Part shown: positions 1-14,961 of the stretch, piece by piece | Layout: each line of letters begins with the position of its first letter | Numbering within the stretch: position 1 is the stretch's first letter | Assembly: GCF_001194135.2 (NCBI RefSeq) | Contig: NC_068983.1 | Span: 65,182,093-65,246,092 of the forward strand | Direction: 5' to 3' | DNA: 64,000 nucleotides | Source: Octopus bimaculoides | Taxonomy: Eukaryota | Program-made: the position numbers and the translations under genes | The notes under the pieces: model-generated | Database searches by the model: none | What the model saw: only the letters and a program-made list of their open reading frames with translations | Told to the model about the DNA's origin: nothing

Positions 1-3000
1 ATCTTGACATATAAGTTATAGATGTATTCATATGAAAGGGAATGTATGTGTGTGTGTGTGTGCGTGTGTGTTTGTGTGCTCGTGCGTGCGTGTATTTACA
101 AACTCTACAGTTTTCTTAAACAATGAAAAATTAGACTGTCAAGAACTGAAGATACTAAAATAATTAATGAGTCAGTGAGCACTGTATACATTATTAATGT
201 GCGTATGATAATTTTGGTGTCCATAAATATTTATTTCATATTTATTTGTATACGTTTACTTAAAACTGGAAATACGTTTCGCAGAGATCGAGAAGTTCAA
301 TAATCGAGTGTTTCAATACGCATTGTAGTTTTTGCGTTAGTGTAGGTGTTATGAATAAGGTTATCTATCTGGATCAATTCAATCAATGTAATATTCTGAA
401 AACGTCATTCCTATGGAGTTTATTGTAGGGCATACATGGTGATTGGAAACAAATGTGAGAATGATTATGTTTAATTTTCAGTTTCAATTTTCTAGAGAAC
501 ATTCCCTGCTTTTGCTGAATATTATACGATTCTTTGCAATGTCATTGTATTGCTGAATTGAGATTGCAAGAATTTGACTATGTGTTTGATCTGAAGTGAT
601 CTCCATATATTCTTTCATTGCTTTTGGTGCCTGTTTTTATTTTCATCAGCTATTGCGGTGACTAAGTAAAGAGAAACGCAACCCCTTCCCTTCTTTCTGC
701 ACAAAAAATGAATAAAAGTAAAGTCATGTTAAATAGTTAAATATTTAATTCAAACATTAGACAATTTTTTTTTATTCTGAACCCTAGGATACTCGCATTT
801 GTTGAGTAACGCCTTGCATGTATTATAAGAAAGTCCACGTGAAATAAGTGCGTTTAAATTATTACAACAATATTGCTTTGCATGTATTTGTGCGTGTGTA
901 AAAGCAACAGATTGACTGCGTGCGTGTATTTCGTTTCGTTCACATTTATAATTCAATAAAATACAAGAGTGACCTGTTTCTAGAACGAATAACATTATAA
1001 AAGTTACAATTGGACATTGGATAAATACTAGTGCTAAAATTTGTTGTATTCATTGCTCAATCACTTTGGGATATCCTATGATGAAGTTAATATCTAACGC
1101 TCTCAACGCTATGAGATGCACAACGCATCATTTGTGTTAACACCAAAATTACTTTTCATAGTTATTACATAGTGAAGTGAAATACGATAAAATGTAATAA
1201 GAGATTCTTAGTTGAAAGAAACTTTCCCAAGCACTCATGAAGAAGTTAAATCCCCATTCAACGCGAGTAGGAGATTATGGTACTTCTCGCTATCATCTCT
1301 TTTATTTCCGTTAAGCCTTCGAAAGTTACATATTAACATAACGATTTACCGACATTGCTATCGTTATAGACTTAACCATGTGACGAATAATGGAAATTAC
1401 TAATGACCATGTAAAATATGGAGATATTTCGTGTTATATTTGATTTCTAACAGGAAGTATTCCAATAGCTATGATATACTACAAGAATACAATTTCATAA
1501 TGTCACACTTCTATAGTAGCTGCTATAATGTATATACCATCTTTTGTTGTTACTGTTGTGTGCACCCATGTTCGCTTTCAGACAGACAAGCCTAAAATCA
1601 ATAACACTCTATCACCAGGATGCAGATTAAAAGCTATCTCGATATTATTCGATATGGAATTCAAAAGGAAGGCAAGGCCCAGTGATGTTCTATGATTTCG
1701 CACCCGATATATGTTAGGCTTCTTCTTTACTAACTATACCAGTTCGCTTTCAAATGCGATTAAACGTGACCAAGTTGAAACCAAACAATTTCCGTATGGG
1801 TGAAAAACGTTCCCGGCCTAAAACTATTTGAGAGATTTGCTGACCACAATTACATATATCGCGATATGTACAGCACCTGTACTTTTTTTCAGCTTGAAAG
1901 CACTCACTGAATTGCCATAAAAAGTTCTTCAAAATACATTTTAAAGATCGTAAATATTTTCTACACTTTTAGAGAAAGCACTTTTTAATGACAGTAATAA
2001 ACTATCGTAAAAACAATTATTACCGTCCAGTAAGATACTAACAATTTAAGCTTCCGATAATTTAATCGACCAATTAGCTACTAATATTACAAGGAGTAGC
2101 CTAAGATAGTTTACTAGTTTCCCTTGTTACTAAAACAAAAAGAAGCCAATTTTAACTCAACATTTTTGTAAGTGAAGAGTGGAAACATCTACTTACGAAT
2201 CAAGCACGATGACTAACTAGTCAACGAAATATACCAGAGCCTATATTGTTGGTTGTGTACTTTTGATTCAATGACGTGGGGTGTAATCCGAGTCACACTG
2301 CACGACATTTTTTTTCTTTTTTGCAAGTCTAGTACCTGCGTAGGTTCCCGAAGGCTTACCACTACTTGGTGTCGCTAATGTTGGTACTTATTTTCTTATT
2401 AGTGAAATATGATTTTTTGCCAATTGTAGCTTTAATGTTCAATGAAACAAGTTAATTACAGATTCTAATTTTCAAGCTGTGGCTATTGAATCTGTACTGG
2501 ACCCCCAAAATTGTAGATTCAAATTTCGCTTCCATGTACTAAGATCGCATTTGGAAAATGCTTTTGATTTCAACAGAATGCAAAGAAATATATCCATATC
2601 ATTCATTGTCTTTTAATGATAATTTCGTTGCAATATAAATTGAATCATAACCAATATTGCATCCATAATTGCATCATTCTAGACGTTGTCTACCAAAAAC
2701 AAGAAATGCGGAATACCTATTATGTCTAGTAAGAGAACAGGCAAAAGACTGCAACAAGTTTTTATAATAGGTATAATGTTACTTTTACCAAGAAAAGACA
2801 TTGTCACCTTCCGTTTATTTCTGTTGTAGCGCTTAATGATTCATTTATTATATGCATGGGAAATTTTAAAACAAAGCTTATGAAATAACATTCCGCATAA
2901 ATTCTTGATTTATTAAAATTATATTCGTCCCTAAAGGGTGTAACATAAATACCAAATAGCAATTAAGACTAGTTCCATTGCAGAAGAGGAGGTATTATCA

Positions 3001-6000
3001 AGCTTCAAGAATGTGCCGAAGTTGATATGTCATTATCGAAAAAGACACACTTAATGTTTGGAGAGAGGAGGGTGGTTGTGGAACGATAAATATAAATATA
3101 AGCCAAGTTAAACTTAAACAGCATATGTCAGCACTGATTATAGAAAAATAAATACTATTGTTTTGTTTCGAGATTTAAAGTGTTGCTATCACAGGAAAGA
3201 TTCAAAATTTGTCCATTTCTAGAATTTTAGCCAGAAACAAACTATCTCTCTTTTAAACTAATGTGGATATCTCTACGTATTGCACAAAATGTATTCTACT
3301 CTTTAACAATGAAAGTAATGCCTCCCGTACATAACGCGCTCACATAGGCATTATTACAAAAACAAAATTAGAATGATTAGCAATATGTTACACATGTGTC
3401 AATTTGGTTTGGCTTATGGTGAAAGAAAACCACAGGAACCTATCTAGTTTCACTGGGTTGAATATTTTTTCATCCTGTGTTCCCCTAAGGTGCAATTAAA
3501 TGAGTTTAATGATACGGTGCACTTGAGAAAGCATGTTCTTTGTAGTATCAGATTGCTTAATCATGGATTAAATCAAATAATTGCATAGAATTCTAATAGA
3601 AATTCTATGTTGACATTGTGCCTCAAATATGCCATTCCGTTGAGTGACGCCCACAACCAAGATTTAATTCTTTTACTGTCCCTAAACAAAAGCAAATCAA
3701 CGTTGAATGATGCAGACCTTTACTTCCGAACGATGATGAAACTAAACCAACTGTCTTATATAGTATTATTAGTATTTTATAATTAAATTTTGTTAGAATA
3801 TGCTGACAGGGAGCAAAACTAATGAATTATCTCTAATGCAAGACTTCGCGGACGAATGTTAAAGGGATAAATGTGCAGAGAAATATATCTAATTTAAGTT
3901 TCTGCTAAGTCATTAGTGATAAAAAAAAAGAGATTTTAAAAAGACATTTTACTTATATGGCAGAGGAACACGATATATGCTAACGAAACTAATTTTCCTT
4001 GCCTACGCCAAAGGGAAGATATCATTACACAGTATGTTTGAATTAAATATCTATAAATTTATTGGTTACATAGGAACAGCACTTTCAGTATGTAAGCTCC
4101 AATTAAAAGGGTTTAAAACTGAACTTTAAGAATACGTCTCTTCAAAACGGAGAAGCCTTAATATTTCTTATAATCTACTGCTTTAATATGATTTTGATTT
4201 GAATATTCGTATAATCTACGTTTTATAACTTTTGAAGATTATATCATATTTAGATACATCGATATGGTTCGATACATAATCTGCACAATAATAGTGAGTT
4301 TGTTTAGCTGTTTTCGAGTTTTACTTTATGATATCTTAAGAATTCTAGTAGAGGGGGTAACAAATACTATATAACCCAAGATATTTACAATTGCTAAGTA
4401 ACAAAAAAAAAACTTTATGATAAAGACAAGGCACCAATTATGGCAATGTTGATAGAATGATATCATTATGGCTTTCAGATTGAAAGCACTAATTATCTTC
4501 TTCCAGTATCCTCATCGATCACATACGAAATATACATAACCTTGTGAGATATATCGTTACCAACATAGCGCAAACTATCTTTGTCTATTCCGAATCATGA
4601 TGTTTCTGCAAAGACCGTCTACATTTACTACTTTTTATATCCAAATTCACAACTCACATACTAGGTAAATTTTTCCACACTATTCCTTCCGACCGCAGCA
4701 GGCTCACCACTGCGTTGAATCTGAAATCAAATCCATTCCCTTCAAACTAACCACACCAACAGCTGTAGAAATATCATTTCCATTACCTTTAAAAATTGCG
4801 ATCCAGATCCTATATACTTATCAAATATTCCGATCTCTCACACTCTACATACTAATGCAACGTGAGTACTGTTAATAATCTTTTTTTTTTAATACTGATT
4901 TGTAGGTACATGGTATTTATTTCGTTATGCAACCACAGTATATTATTAAGTATTTTAAATGTTTTTGTAAGTCAATACTGCGTTCTACTGCGTTAGCAGT
5001 GCTTTTTACATTATTTTGTTAAGGTTATATCTTCAGATATTCTATAGAAATTATAGGCAGCACTTATTTTTTGCTACAATACAAAACGTAGTAAAAAATC
5101 AGTGCTGGCTATAATTTCTAGAGAAAATCTGTAGAAATAACCTTACAGAATATTCTTCTTTAGTCCCATTTCCCAGAATGACAACTCTTCTGAGCCTGCC
5201 AACTACCTCGCACTTCAAATACCGTAATGTTTAAGATGATATCCATAAATAACATGCTAAACCGATCTGCTTCTTTATTACTCATCAGTATGGCTTTTTT
5301 GAAGCCATATAACCCAGCAGTTAATGAGGTAAACGTTGTAGCACGTACGATCGCAAATCTTTTTAGCTGTGATCGACACATGTAACAATTGATAAACCTG
5401 CCTGTCTGAGGGCTCCCTTTGCGGTTCGTCACTTGGATTAATCGTAAAAGTGATGATTGTTTTATCTCATGGTGTGCTCACAGAGCGATATCTTACTGGC
5501 ACTGTATCAAGATTGGTCCGTCTTAAGACTCGACACAGGGTCAATGCTGGTCTTCTCAGATAATTACTTGTCCGCCACCACTTTTTCCCACTTGCTCCGA
5601 TCGAGAATGCAATTTGATCAAGACTAAAATAAAATAAAATAAGATAAATCAAAGTACAAACAAGACAAATACTGACAAAACTATGGAATACAATATTTAC
5701 TACACGAATTTTTTTAATATTTTACATATACCTACCGTGTGCATTTTATTACCAGTTTTATATAATCAGCTTCTTAATCACGCTATTATGTAATTGAGCT
5801 CGACTGCAATTATTAAATGGAAACACACTGGTAATTTGACATCCCATGCAGTGATTTAATTGAGGGAATATAATATCGACATTATTTCTTGAGGGGAAAA
5901 TGATAATTTCAAGAATATTATTGATCAACATTTCTAGATACTGTTTTATTATACATTGTAATTTAGCAGATATCTGCAATACATCCAATATTTATTTTGA

Positions 6001-9000
6001 TTTAATTTTACTAACTACACACACCTTATATTTTTGAATTGCGAGGAAATGAAATTTTAATTACACATATGCCTATGGCACTAGCGTGATTCGACGGTGA
6101 ATCGAAATGGGCTCGTGCACTTGACCTGCTGGGATCCTCCCTCTGGTTTGCAACGTTTATACAATTTCTAATGGCGTATTAGCAATCTTTATCTAAAATT
6201 ATTTTTATCAAACCATATTGTCTTCAGGGGAGAGAGAAATACGAGTTGGATTGTATGTTTATTTCCAAATTACGTTGACAAATTTAATGCAAAGCTGAAT
6301 AGAAATAAAAAAAAGTTAAGTTCAATATTCAGTTTATTTTCTAGTTCACATTCTACATACCAGTAATACACACGCAGCATTACCATCCCTGTGTGAAAGA
6401 ATCTAATTTCATATTGATATTCCAATCAATATTTTACAATTCGAGTGCATTCATTGTATTTCATACTATTAACTTCAAATGAAATATTAATGTCTGCAGA
6501 ACATATCGAAACCAATCAGCAACAATATTTTGTTAAAGATAGTCTTCTGTTAAAAGACTGCGACGGACACTAATTTACTTGAACATAATTTATCAATAAT
6601 AAAAAATTATAGCAGAAACAAATATTCTCTTCGTTTAAGATACATTTAATGTAATTTAAACATTCATTCTAAAAATAAACATTCCTTGGCTAATAAGTGT
6701 TACTTAACATGAAGTTACATGAGTTAATAGATAAAAAGGTATGTTCATGCATTTCGATAGATATACGAATAGAGAGACAGTTGTATATTTATATATATAT
6801 ATATAAATATATATATGATCTAAACTATTTATATTCATATATATATATATATATATANNNNNNNNNNNNNNNNNNNNNNNNNNNNNNNNNNNNNNNNNNN
6901 NNNNNNNNNNNNNNNNNNNNNNNNNNNNNNNNNNNNNNNNNNNNNNNNNNNNNNNNNNNNNNNNNNNNNNNNNNNNNNNNNNNNNNNNNNNNNNNNNNNN
7001 NNNNNNNNNNNNNNNNNNNNNNNNNNNNNNNNNNNNNNNNNNNNNNNNNNNNNNNNNNNNNNNNNNNNNNNNNNNNNNNNNNNNNNNNNNNNNNNNNNNN
7101 NNNNNNNNNNNNNNNNNNNNNNNNNNNNNNNNNNNNNNNNNNNNNNNNNNNNNNNNNNNNNNNNNNNNNNNNNNNNNNNNNNNNNNNNNNNNNNNNNNNN
7201 NTATATATATATCGTTGTAGTCTTCTCAAATCACCTGCCGGTGTTCAGAGAGAATAACTGTGAAATGTCTTTAATGTTGCAACAAAATTTACTAAAAGTA
7301 CGATATAGGCTTTGGACGAACATGAGCAGAATATCACTTGAAGTAAACCATATAATATTTCTATATACGTATTTAAAAAAAAAATATTCTATCTAATTGT
7401 TTTCAATCATGTTTCTTCTAAGTTGATCCTTTGTAGCGAACACTATATTCTACACCTAACTTCTAATGCCTGAGCTCCAAAGGTTAACATTTCCAACATG
7501 CATAATGCCTGCCTAATGCCTGCCTATCAAATGCATACGTGGGTACCCATGTATAGACAGAAAGGTATTCAGGTTATGTGTACAATAGATCGAACCCTAC
7601 TGAGTATATCACTAGTCCTTTGGTCAATCAGGAAACGCACATCAAGAATCTAGCAGCAAGGCTCGTAGACTCAACAAGGTGCTAAGCCGTTGATTTTTTA
7701 ATGTTTCCAAATGTTGTGATTCATGTATTTACCCGATAGAAACTGTTTTTTTTTTAATGTTGTAATGACTCCATTAATTAATTAAAAATTCGTCAGAAAC
7801 ATCTGTAATAAGTTGATACACTATCTATCTGTTGTTGTGTGTGTATGTAGTATATTCACAAATATACTAATATTAAATTTCTAGTTCGAAACTCATATCG
7901 TTTATAACTATAAACAAGTCTGACCAATACAAGATTACTACTCACATAACTTGAACACATCTTTAATGTCCTCACAATACGTTTGCTCAATTTACATCGA
8001 TTCAGTAATCTAATATCTTTCTTCTGTTTGCTAATAAATAAAATACAGTAGTTTTTTTATAAAATTAGCAGTGTGCTTTATAAGTAATGATAACTTTTTT
8101 CCGATGACTGACATTTAAAACGTGTAATGTAGGTGAAAATATCCTCAAATATATCAAGTCTACAGCACGTTATCTCACTTACTTCTTAGAATCTATTATC
8201 TTGAATGTATTTATGTAGCATTCAATTTAATGGATGGCTTCTTTACAATAAAGACTAACTAATCAATAAACATTGCTAAAATTTGCTGTTATGTGTGATC
8301 CTCTTACTAATCTTCCCTATCTTGCCAATTTGATTTCTCAACATATTTGAATAACAATTAAATACACTTTTGTCAAAAGGATTACAAAATTTTATCAGTT
8401 TTTTTCTCTATAGAATAATGTATAGATGTTTTCCTGCTCTACAATATTCAATTAATAGACATAATATTAACATGAACAGTTTAATTCTGAGTCACGTTGG
8501 TTACGATGATGGAGAAGAGAAACAAAGACGGAAATTAATGATATCAGTGATACATCAACACAGATAAAGTACGAAAGAAATCGATATTAATTTGATAATG
8601 TAAGATATCAAAAGAATGTTGAAATTAAATTCTAATCGTTATATGGTATTTCTATGGAAATAAAGTATTGTTATTTCAGAGAAATTAATGTTTCTTACGG
8701 ACATGTTTTAGTTAGTTATTCTTTTAATGGTTCTTAATGAAATCGTTGTGGGAGATCATCAAGTAAGAGTTATATCTATCGATATTTGATATAGGACTAC
8801 AGAACAAAACTTAATTTGCATTTTCAAATATTTACAACAAACATTGATGATCAAATATTGAAGATTTGATTCATTATGTTGATACTCGATGCTAGTGAAA
8901 TATTTAAACAGTAAAATTGAGATATTGCTTCGTAGAACAGTGGACTATTTATATCTCTATTGAGAATATTTGACATTGTTTGATCAGCTCAGCGATTTCT

Positions 9001-9536
9001 TTCATTGTTACATTCTAATATATGATGTGCATATAGCCAGACTCTAAAATGTTGTCCGCCAGTAAATAGTGATAAACTTGGTGAGAGAGCAATAAATGGC
9101 TTCAATCAAAATGAGTATGATTTACATTTCCTACTTCTGTGTTTTATATTTGCTAAATCATCTTGAAATGATTTCACTTCTGATTTGAATTCATGGCTTG
9201 AATACAGGAAGACGATTTAGATCATATTTCGTCCAACAATTGTGTATACGTGACCGCAAATTATAGAAATATTGGATGTATCTCAAGATAAATAGAAAGA
9301 TTATAAATATTTGATACCGGAAGGCATTTTAAAGTCACGTGCATTTTACATAACAAAATTTTAATGTGGACAGGTCGATAAGTATGCTATTCAGATGAAA
9401 TTTATGCAGTGGAACGTTACTTTTATATGTCTGCTTTTTGCATGCAAATTGTATTAAAAAGCAAAATATTTACGCATAAGTTCGTGCGCACATATGTATG
9501 CATGCTCACATACACACATACACACACACACACACA

Positions 9537-9601
<65 letters not shown>

Positions 9602-11449
9602 TATTCATGGATGTTTTCTTTTACATTTTTCATCATGCACCATATCATTTCTTCGAATGCTTTCTTCAGTTCAGTAATTAATACTATTCAGATCCAATAT
9701 ATTATGCATATATTTCAACGTTATAAAGTAATCCTGTAGTTGATATTGATAATGCTACATGAAAAATATCTGTTCATTGAAATAATGTAATATGTCAAAT
9801 TTGCATCGAAATTAACAATAGTAAAACACTCCCATGTTTTATTTTATTTTGGGTTTCGTTTCCTCATAGTTAAATTTCTCATTACAGAGAAGTGAATATA
9901 GAATCAAAATAAGCAAATGTTACACAAACGTGTAAGTTATCAAATGATACACACATTTTATACAACATTATTCTGAGCATATATTCAGACACGAGTCAGT
10001 AAAATTATTGTTGTAAATTATGTAACAAAACGTATTCTAACTTTTACACATAAACTCTCAAGATTTACTTAACTGTGTTTATAAGAGTAAAAGCGATTTT
10101 CAATGGAAAACGAAATGTATGGAAATCACATAAATAAGCTCTTTCGATATTTGGGCAAAAACTCATTTTTATGATAAGGTCTATGTGCTAATGTTCATGA
10201 ACGTATTCTGTAATTATTCTTTCTTTAAAGTGTCGCTGAAATATATTCACAAAATAGAGTAGAATTAGAATGTGTGTAACGGATATAAACTTACAACTGT
10301 CTAAATCAAATTTCGCTGAATGGTCTAATCTCGTGAGTAGTGTCTTGAGTAAATTGTAACAAAAGCGGTCATCTATCTTTAAAATATATTTTTTAGTTCG
10401 TGCTATGAACACAGCAAGGCATCATAGCATTGAATGAAAATATTTGTTTTTCGACTACATTAACGAAATAGCTTCACGCACATAAATAGACAGTGTCATC
10501 ATTTCTCTTTCGCACATTTACTCCCTCTCTCGTTAAACCTGCACGCATACACCTGTATATAATGTGTTTTCTCCAGTTTTTCAATTCTCTTCTGCCAATT
10601 AGCATTTCCGAATTCTATCTTATATGGCTATCATATATTTGTAGGAAAAGTTATCACCAACATTGCGAAGATAATGAAAGTCCACTTGTGACTCCCATTG
10701 GATTTCGATAGATTTAAGTCTATCTGTAGTTTGGTCCATTGAATTTCTTTACGGAAAAAAATTATGCGGGAATTGTTCGGAATGATTCGTTTCTTCGTAT
10801 TATAAAGATGAGTAATTGACTAAAAATGTTACATATTCATCATTAGTCAAATTATTTATTCATAAATGTAACAATACAGACATGGTCAAGATGTGAGCAC
10901 AAGTAAACCAAATGTTTCTACCATTCTTCTTTTGGCATAAACACAAAATGTGACTGAAATGATGTTGTTGTATAAACGAATATGCTTACATAATTATTTC
11001 AATTAATGTGACTGTTAAGAGCCTTTGTAGAAATAGCGGAATTGATTATATTACACCTCGATGTTACATCTCATTAGGTTCCGCTCTCTCACCTTGAATT
11101 TCAAAACAATTCAATTGTAATGTTAATGCTTTCTTCCATAATGTGTAAGCATTAAATATTATACAATTAATAAAGATGCACTTCAACGGTCTATAATGAT
11201 CAAAAACGGGCTAGTTGGAGGCAAAAAAAAAAAAAATTAAATAGATTATGAATTGAATGAGAACATGGAAAATCTATTCATCTTATATAATTATTTCGTT
11301 GTTCATAATTATATGAAAATATACCCCGCGAGTTTCTGTCTCTCACAAAGTAAAATGGCATCGTTGATGTAGTTACACATGAGCACAATCATACGTAAAT
11401 ATATATATATATATATATATATTTACATACTCATATTGTTATAATTATA

Positions 11450-12270
11450 TACATTCGCACGGGTGTGTCTGCGTGTGTGTCTGTGTTATATATATAATGG
11501 TAAGCGTTGCATATATTCGTGAATTTGAGTTTTACTCAGCTTCAAAGTTTAAAGTTTCGTGAGTGCGTTCGACATGTCCATGTAATCATAAATTAAGTGC
11601 AGCGCAGTATATTTGCGAGGAATGCACGGTGGCTCCTAATTGTTTACACATAATTTTTATTCTCATATCACACGTTCGTAATTCTATCAAAACTGCTCTA
11701 CTTGGTTCATAGAATTTTTTATCGGTATGTTTCTGTATGATATTGGTGGCGGGGTACTGGCTCTACACTCGCGCCAGGGCCAGGCGTAATGTACACAATC
11801 GTTGACAATTGGTTGATTGTATTTTATACAGGAAACTTAATTACTGTATTCTAATCATCGTCGTTCGTTGGACATCTAGGCTAAGGGATGTGTAACAGCG
11901 ATGTGAATAACCTTGGATATAGATTAGAAACTGGTTCTTTCTCTAACGGCAAGAAATCTTGAAATAATCTGAATATTGACATACATAGATAACTACATAC
12001 GTACACACATACATATATAGCAAGATCATTGTGTGTCTAAACTATAGTGACTGATGAGCTGGCAGAGGGAAAGAAGGAAGTGTGGTGATGTGTCGACGAA
12101 CTGTGCTGTCTGAAATAAGCTTAAAATATCATACATATTAAGCTATGTATATATGCGCAGAGGGTGTGAGAGAGAAAGAGAAATAACATCCTCACGTTCT
12201 CGTGACTGACGCTGTCAATCACTGGCGGCCTTCCATGACAATCTAGTATTCAGCAATAACTGCAGGTATA
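11450..12270. promoter_or_regulatory. CpG-enriched candidate promoter/first-exon region
   Basis: Locally higher GC/CpG, non-repetitive. Contains forkhead-type TGTTTAC (11641-11647), two ATTGG (inverted CCAAT), a GC-box-like GGCGGGG near 11750, the PBX/MEIS decamer CTGTCAATCA (12212-12221) and a plus-strand donor-like TCG|GTATGT near 11724. Confidence 0.3.
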
Positions 12271-12354
12271 AGTGTGTGTTTATGCACGTGTTTAGATATG
12301 CACTTGGGTGTGTACATAAACATAACTACAAGCATACGAGTGCGTAAACATTTA

Positions 12355-12418
<64 letters not shown>

Positions 12419-12904
12419 TGTGTGTGTGTGTGTATGTATGTATGTATATATATATATATACATATGTACACAAACTTATTTGCGCAAAGTACACGCACAC
12501 ACACACAAACACAAGTATTAATTTGAGCAGTTATGCAGTTGTTAACTTCCTTGGGTGCAATATTTCTCATTTGTAGCATAATTATATTTCATGTGTACAT
12601 AATGGATTCTACGTCGCATTTCAATCACAGTGATGATTATAACATGAAAGAATTACAATGAAGATTCTTTCTGATGAACAACATGTGAACGTATTTTTTT
12701 TAAATAATATTTTGTGTAAACAACAATCAATGATTTTACGTGACATCATTAGCAGTAATAATGATAACTGGTTGTGCTAATACTAATGCTATTGTAAATG
12801 AATGAAATATTACTAATCATTGCTGTCTCATGCACAATACCGTGAATTTTAAGAGATGTAAGTTAGTGACTCGTACGTGAATGGTTTTTTATTTAATCTT
12901 TGTG

Positions 12905-13030
12905 GGAAGATGATGAAAAAACACTGAACTCGGCGGAGTTTGAACTTCGAATGCAAATAGTTGTCACAAGTACCGTCTGTTATTTTTTCGACCTTGGAGC
13001 AGTTGAGCCGGCTCATGTACTTAAAACAAT
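12905..13030 (-). mobile_element. Degenerate tRNA-derived SINE fragment (family A)
   Basis: Reverse complement matches the GAGTTCAAATTCCGCCGAGGTCGACTTT body seen in better-preserved copies at 14172 and 59889. Confidence 0.5.
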
Positions 13031-13270
13031 TACATCTTGTTTAGCACAACGCAATCATTGTTTGGCGAGGGGGTATGGGTATAATTGTTTTACTCATCCC
13101 CCCCTTTTTTTGTAATACAACTAATTTTTAGCTATTTTCAATTAACAAACGGTAACGGTAACGATAACCCACATGGGATCTGAACTCAATACCTAAGTAG
13201 TGAGGAGAAATATTGGAATGCTATCTATGTCCTGCACACTAACGATTCTGAAATTCCATCAGACGTCAAC

Positions 13271-13310
<40 letters not shown>

Positions 13311-13612
13311 GGAGGAGGAGGAGGAGGAGNNNNNNNNNNNNNNNNNNNNNNNNNNNNNNNNNNNNNNNNNNNNNNNNNNNNNNNNNNNNNNNNNNNNNNN
13401 NNNNNNNNNNNNNNNNNNNNNNNNNNNNNNNNNNNNNNNNNNNNNNNNNNNNNNNNNNNNNNNNNNNNNNNNNNNNNNNNNNNNNNNNNNNNNNNNNNNN
13501 NNNNNNNNNNNNNNNNNNNNNNNNNNNNNNNNNNNNNNNNNNNNNNNNNNNNNNNNNNNNNNNNNNNNNNNNNNNNNNGGAGGAGGAGGAGGAGGAGGAG
13601 GAGGAGGAGGAA
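13271..13612. repeat. (GAT)n/(GAG)n microsatellite spanning an assembly gap
   Basis: Direct reading; N-run at 13330-13578. Confidence 0.95.
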
Positions 13613-13734
13613 GAAGATGGACTCACCGTCGAAGACGACAAATGAGTATTGAGCTTTTGCTCAATGTTTTGTTTACAGTGAGCAAATATTCGTAACGAAC
13701 ATAACTTCATTCTCTTCATCAAATCAATGTTGTC

Positions 13735-13900
13735 TGAACAGATATACGGTGTGCCACCCGTCAGGTATCGAAGTGATCGCAGAGCAACGTGTGATCAAGT
13801 GTTTTACTCACGAACACAAAACACCACCTTGTCTAGGAACTGAAACCGTGATCTCGCGATTGTAAGTGCTACACCCTAAACATTCAGCCATACGTCCTCA
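13735..13900 (-). mobile_element. tRNA-derived SINE (family B)
   Basis: Reverse complement shows a degenerate A/B-box head, then ...AAAACACTTGATCACACGTTGCTCTGCGATCACTTCGATACCTGACGGGTGGCACACC; homologous to 46605-46870. Confidence 0.75.
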
Positions 13901-13902
13901 CA

Positions 13903-13956
13903 AATAATAATAATAGCAGTAGTAGTAGTAGTGGTGGTGGTGGTAGTAGTAGTAGC

Positions 13957-14007
<51 letters not shown>

Positions 14008-14022
14008 GGTAGTAGTAGTAGC

Positions 14023-14083
<61 letters not shown>

Positions 14084-14085
14084 AT

Positions 14086-14138
<53 letters not shown>

Positions 14139-14165
14139 TTATTATTATTATTATTATTATTTTTT
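13903..14165. repeat. Compound (ATA)/(GTA)n-(CTA)n-(ATT)n microsatellite with internal strand inversion
   Basis: Direct reading; the repeat switches to its reverse complement at GTAA|TTAC (14084/14085). Confidence 0.95.
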
Positions 14166-14171
14166 TTTCAT

Positions 14172-14390
14172 TAAGGAAGGTGCTGGCAAAAACGTTAGCA
14201 CGCCGGGTGAAAGACTTAGAGGTATTTCGTCTGTCTTTACGTCTGAGTTCAAATTCCGTCGAGGTCGACTTTGCCATTCATTCATTCAAAATCGATAATT
14301 TAAGTACCAGTTGCGGACAGATTTCGATCTAAACGACTGGCCCCCTCCACCAAAATTTCAGGCATTTTCCTAGAGTAGAGAAGGTTATTA
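14172..14390 (+). mobile_element. tRNA-derived SINE (family A), near full length
   Basis: GCTGGCAAAAACGTTAGCACG head, GAGTTCAAATTCC B-box, GTCGACTTTGCC body and TTA-rich tail; multiple homologous copies in the window. Confidence 0.85.
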
Positions 14391-14764
14391 TTATAACTAT
14401 TATTTCTATTATCATATTTTTTTAATTCTGTTTTAATTTCTTGCTAAGTGTCATCCTGACACCTCGGGCAGGGAAACGCACTGTGTATATTCTTAGGTCA
14501 TTAAAATAAACACACCGCATTGTCCATTTATTGAGTCATGTGACAGAGTAAAAGAGAAAGAAAGGGAGACATTTTTTTTTAATAAGAGGAAACAAAGAAA
14601 ATAAAGTGGAAAATAAAAAAATCACAGCGACAGTGTTCTTCTCAATACGTGTGACGTACTAGTTAAGACTAGTAAGATTGTAAGCCAGGGATCATTCTTC
14701 AAAAATTTTCAGTTCCTTTTTTGATCCTTCGAAACACTCCTACAATCACTAGCATTGTAACCGT

Positions 14765-14860
14765 CATTATTATAATTGTTGTTGTTGCCTTTGCTGTTGT
14801 TTTTATTGTTGTTATTATTGTTGTTGTTGTTGCTGTTGTTGTTGTTGTTGTTATTTTTAA

Positions 14861-14950
<90 letters not shown>

Positions 14951-14961
14951 TAGTAGTAGCA
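14765..14961. repeat. Compound (GTT)n/(ATT)n/(AGT)n microsatellite
   Basis: Direct reading; abuts the 3' end of the adjacent LINE fragment. Confidence 0.95.

Noticed and set aside
6697-7257. Long ORFs spanning N-runs (also about 13.2, 19.2, 24.3, 25.6, 36.0, 50.5, 53.0 and 61.4 kb)
   Set aside because: Their length comes from unknown bases and flanking (TA)n/(CA)n; they are not evidence of coding.
11866-11915. Hairpin CATCG...GACATC-AGGCTAAG-GATGT...CGATG as a pre-miRNA
   Set aside because: Only about 48 nt with large bulges, and no recognisable mature miRNA.
12045-12085. CTGATGAG hammerhead core (similar partial cores near 34345 and 57340)
   Set aside because: No stem II followed by GAAA and no compatible stem I or III.
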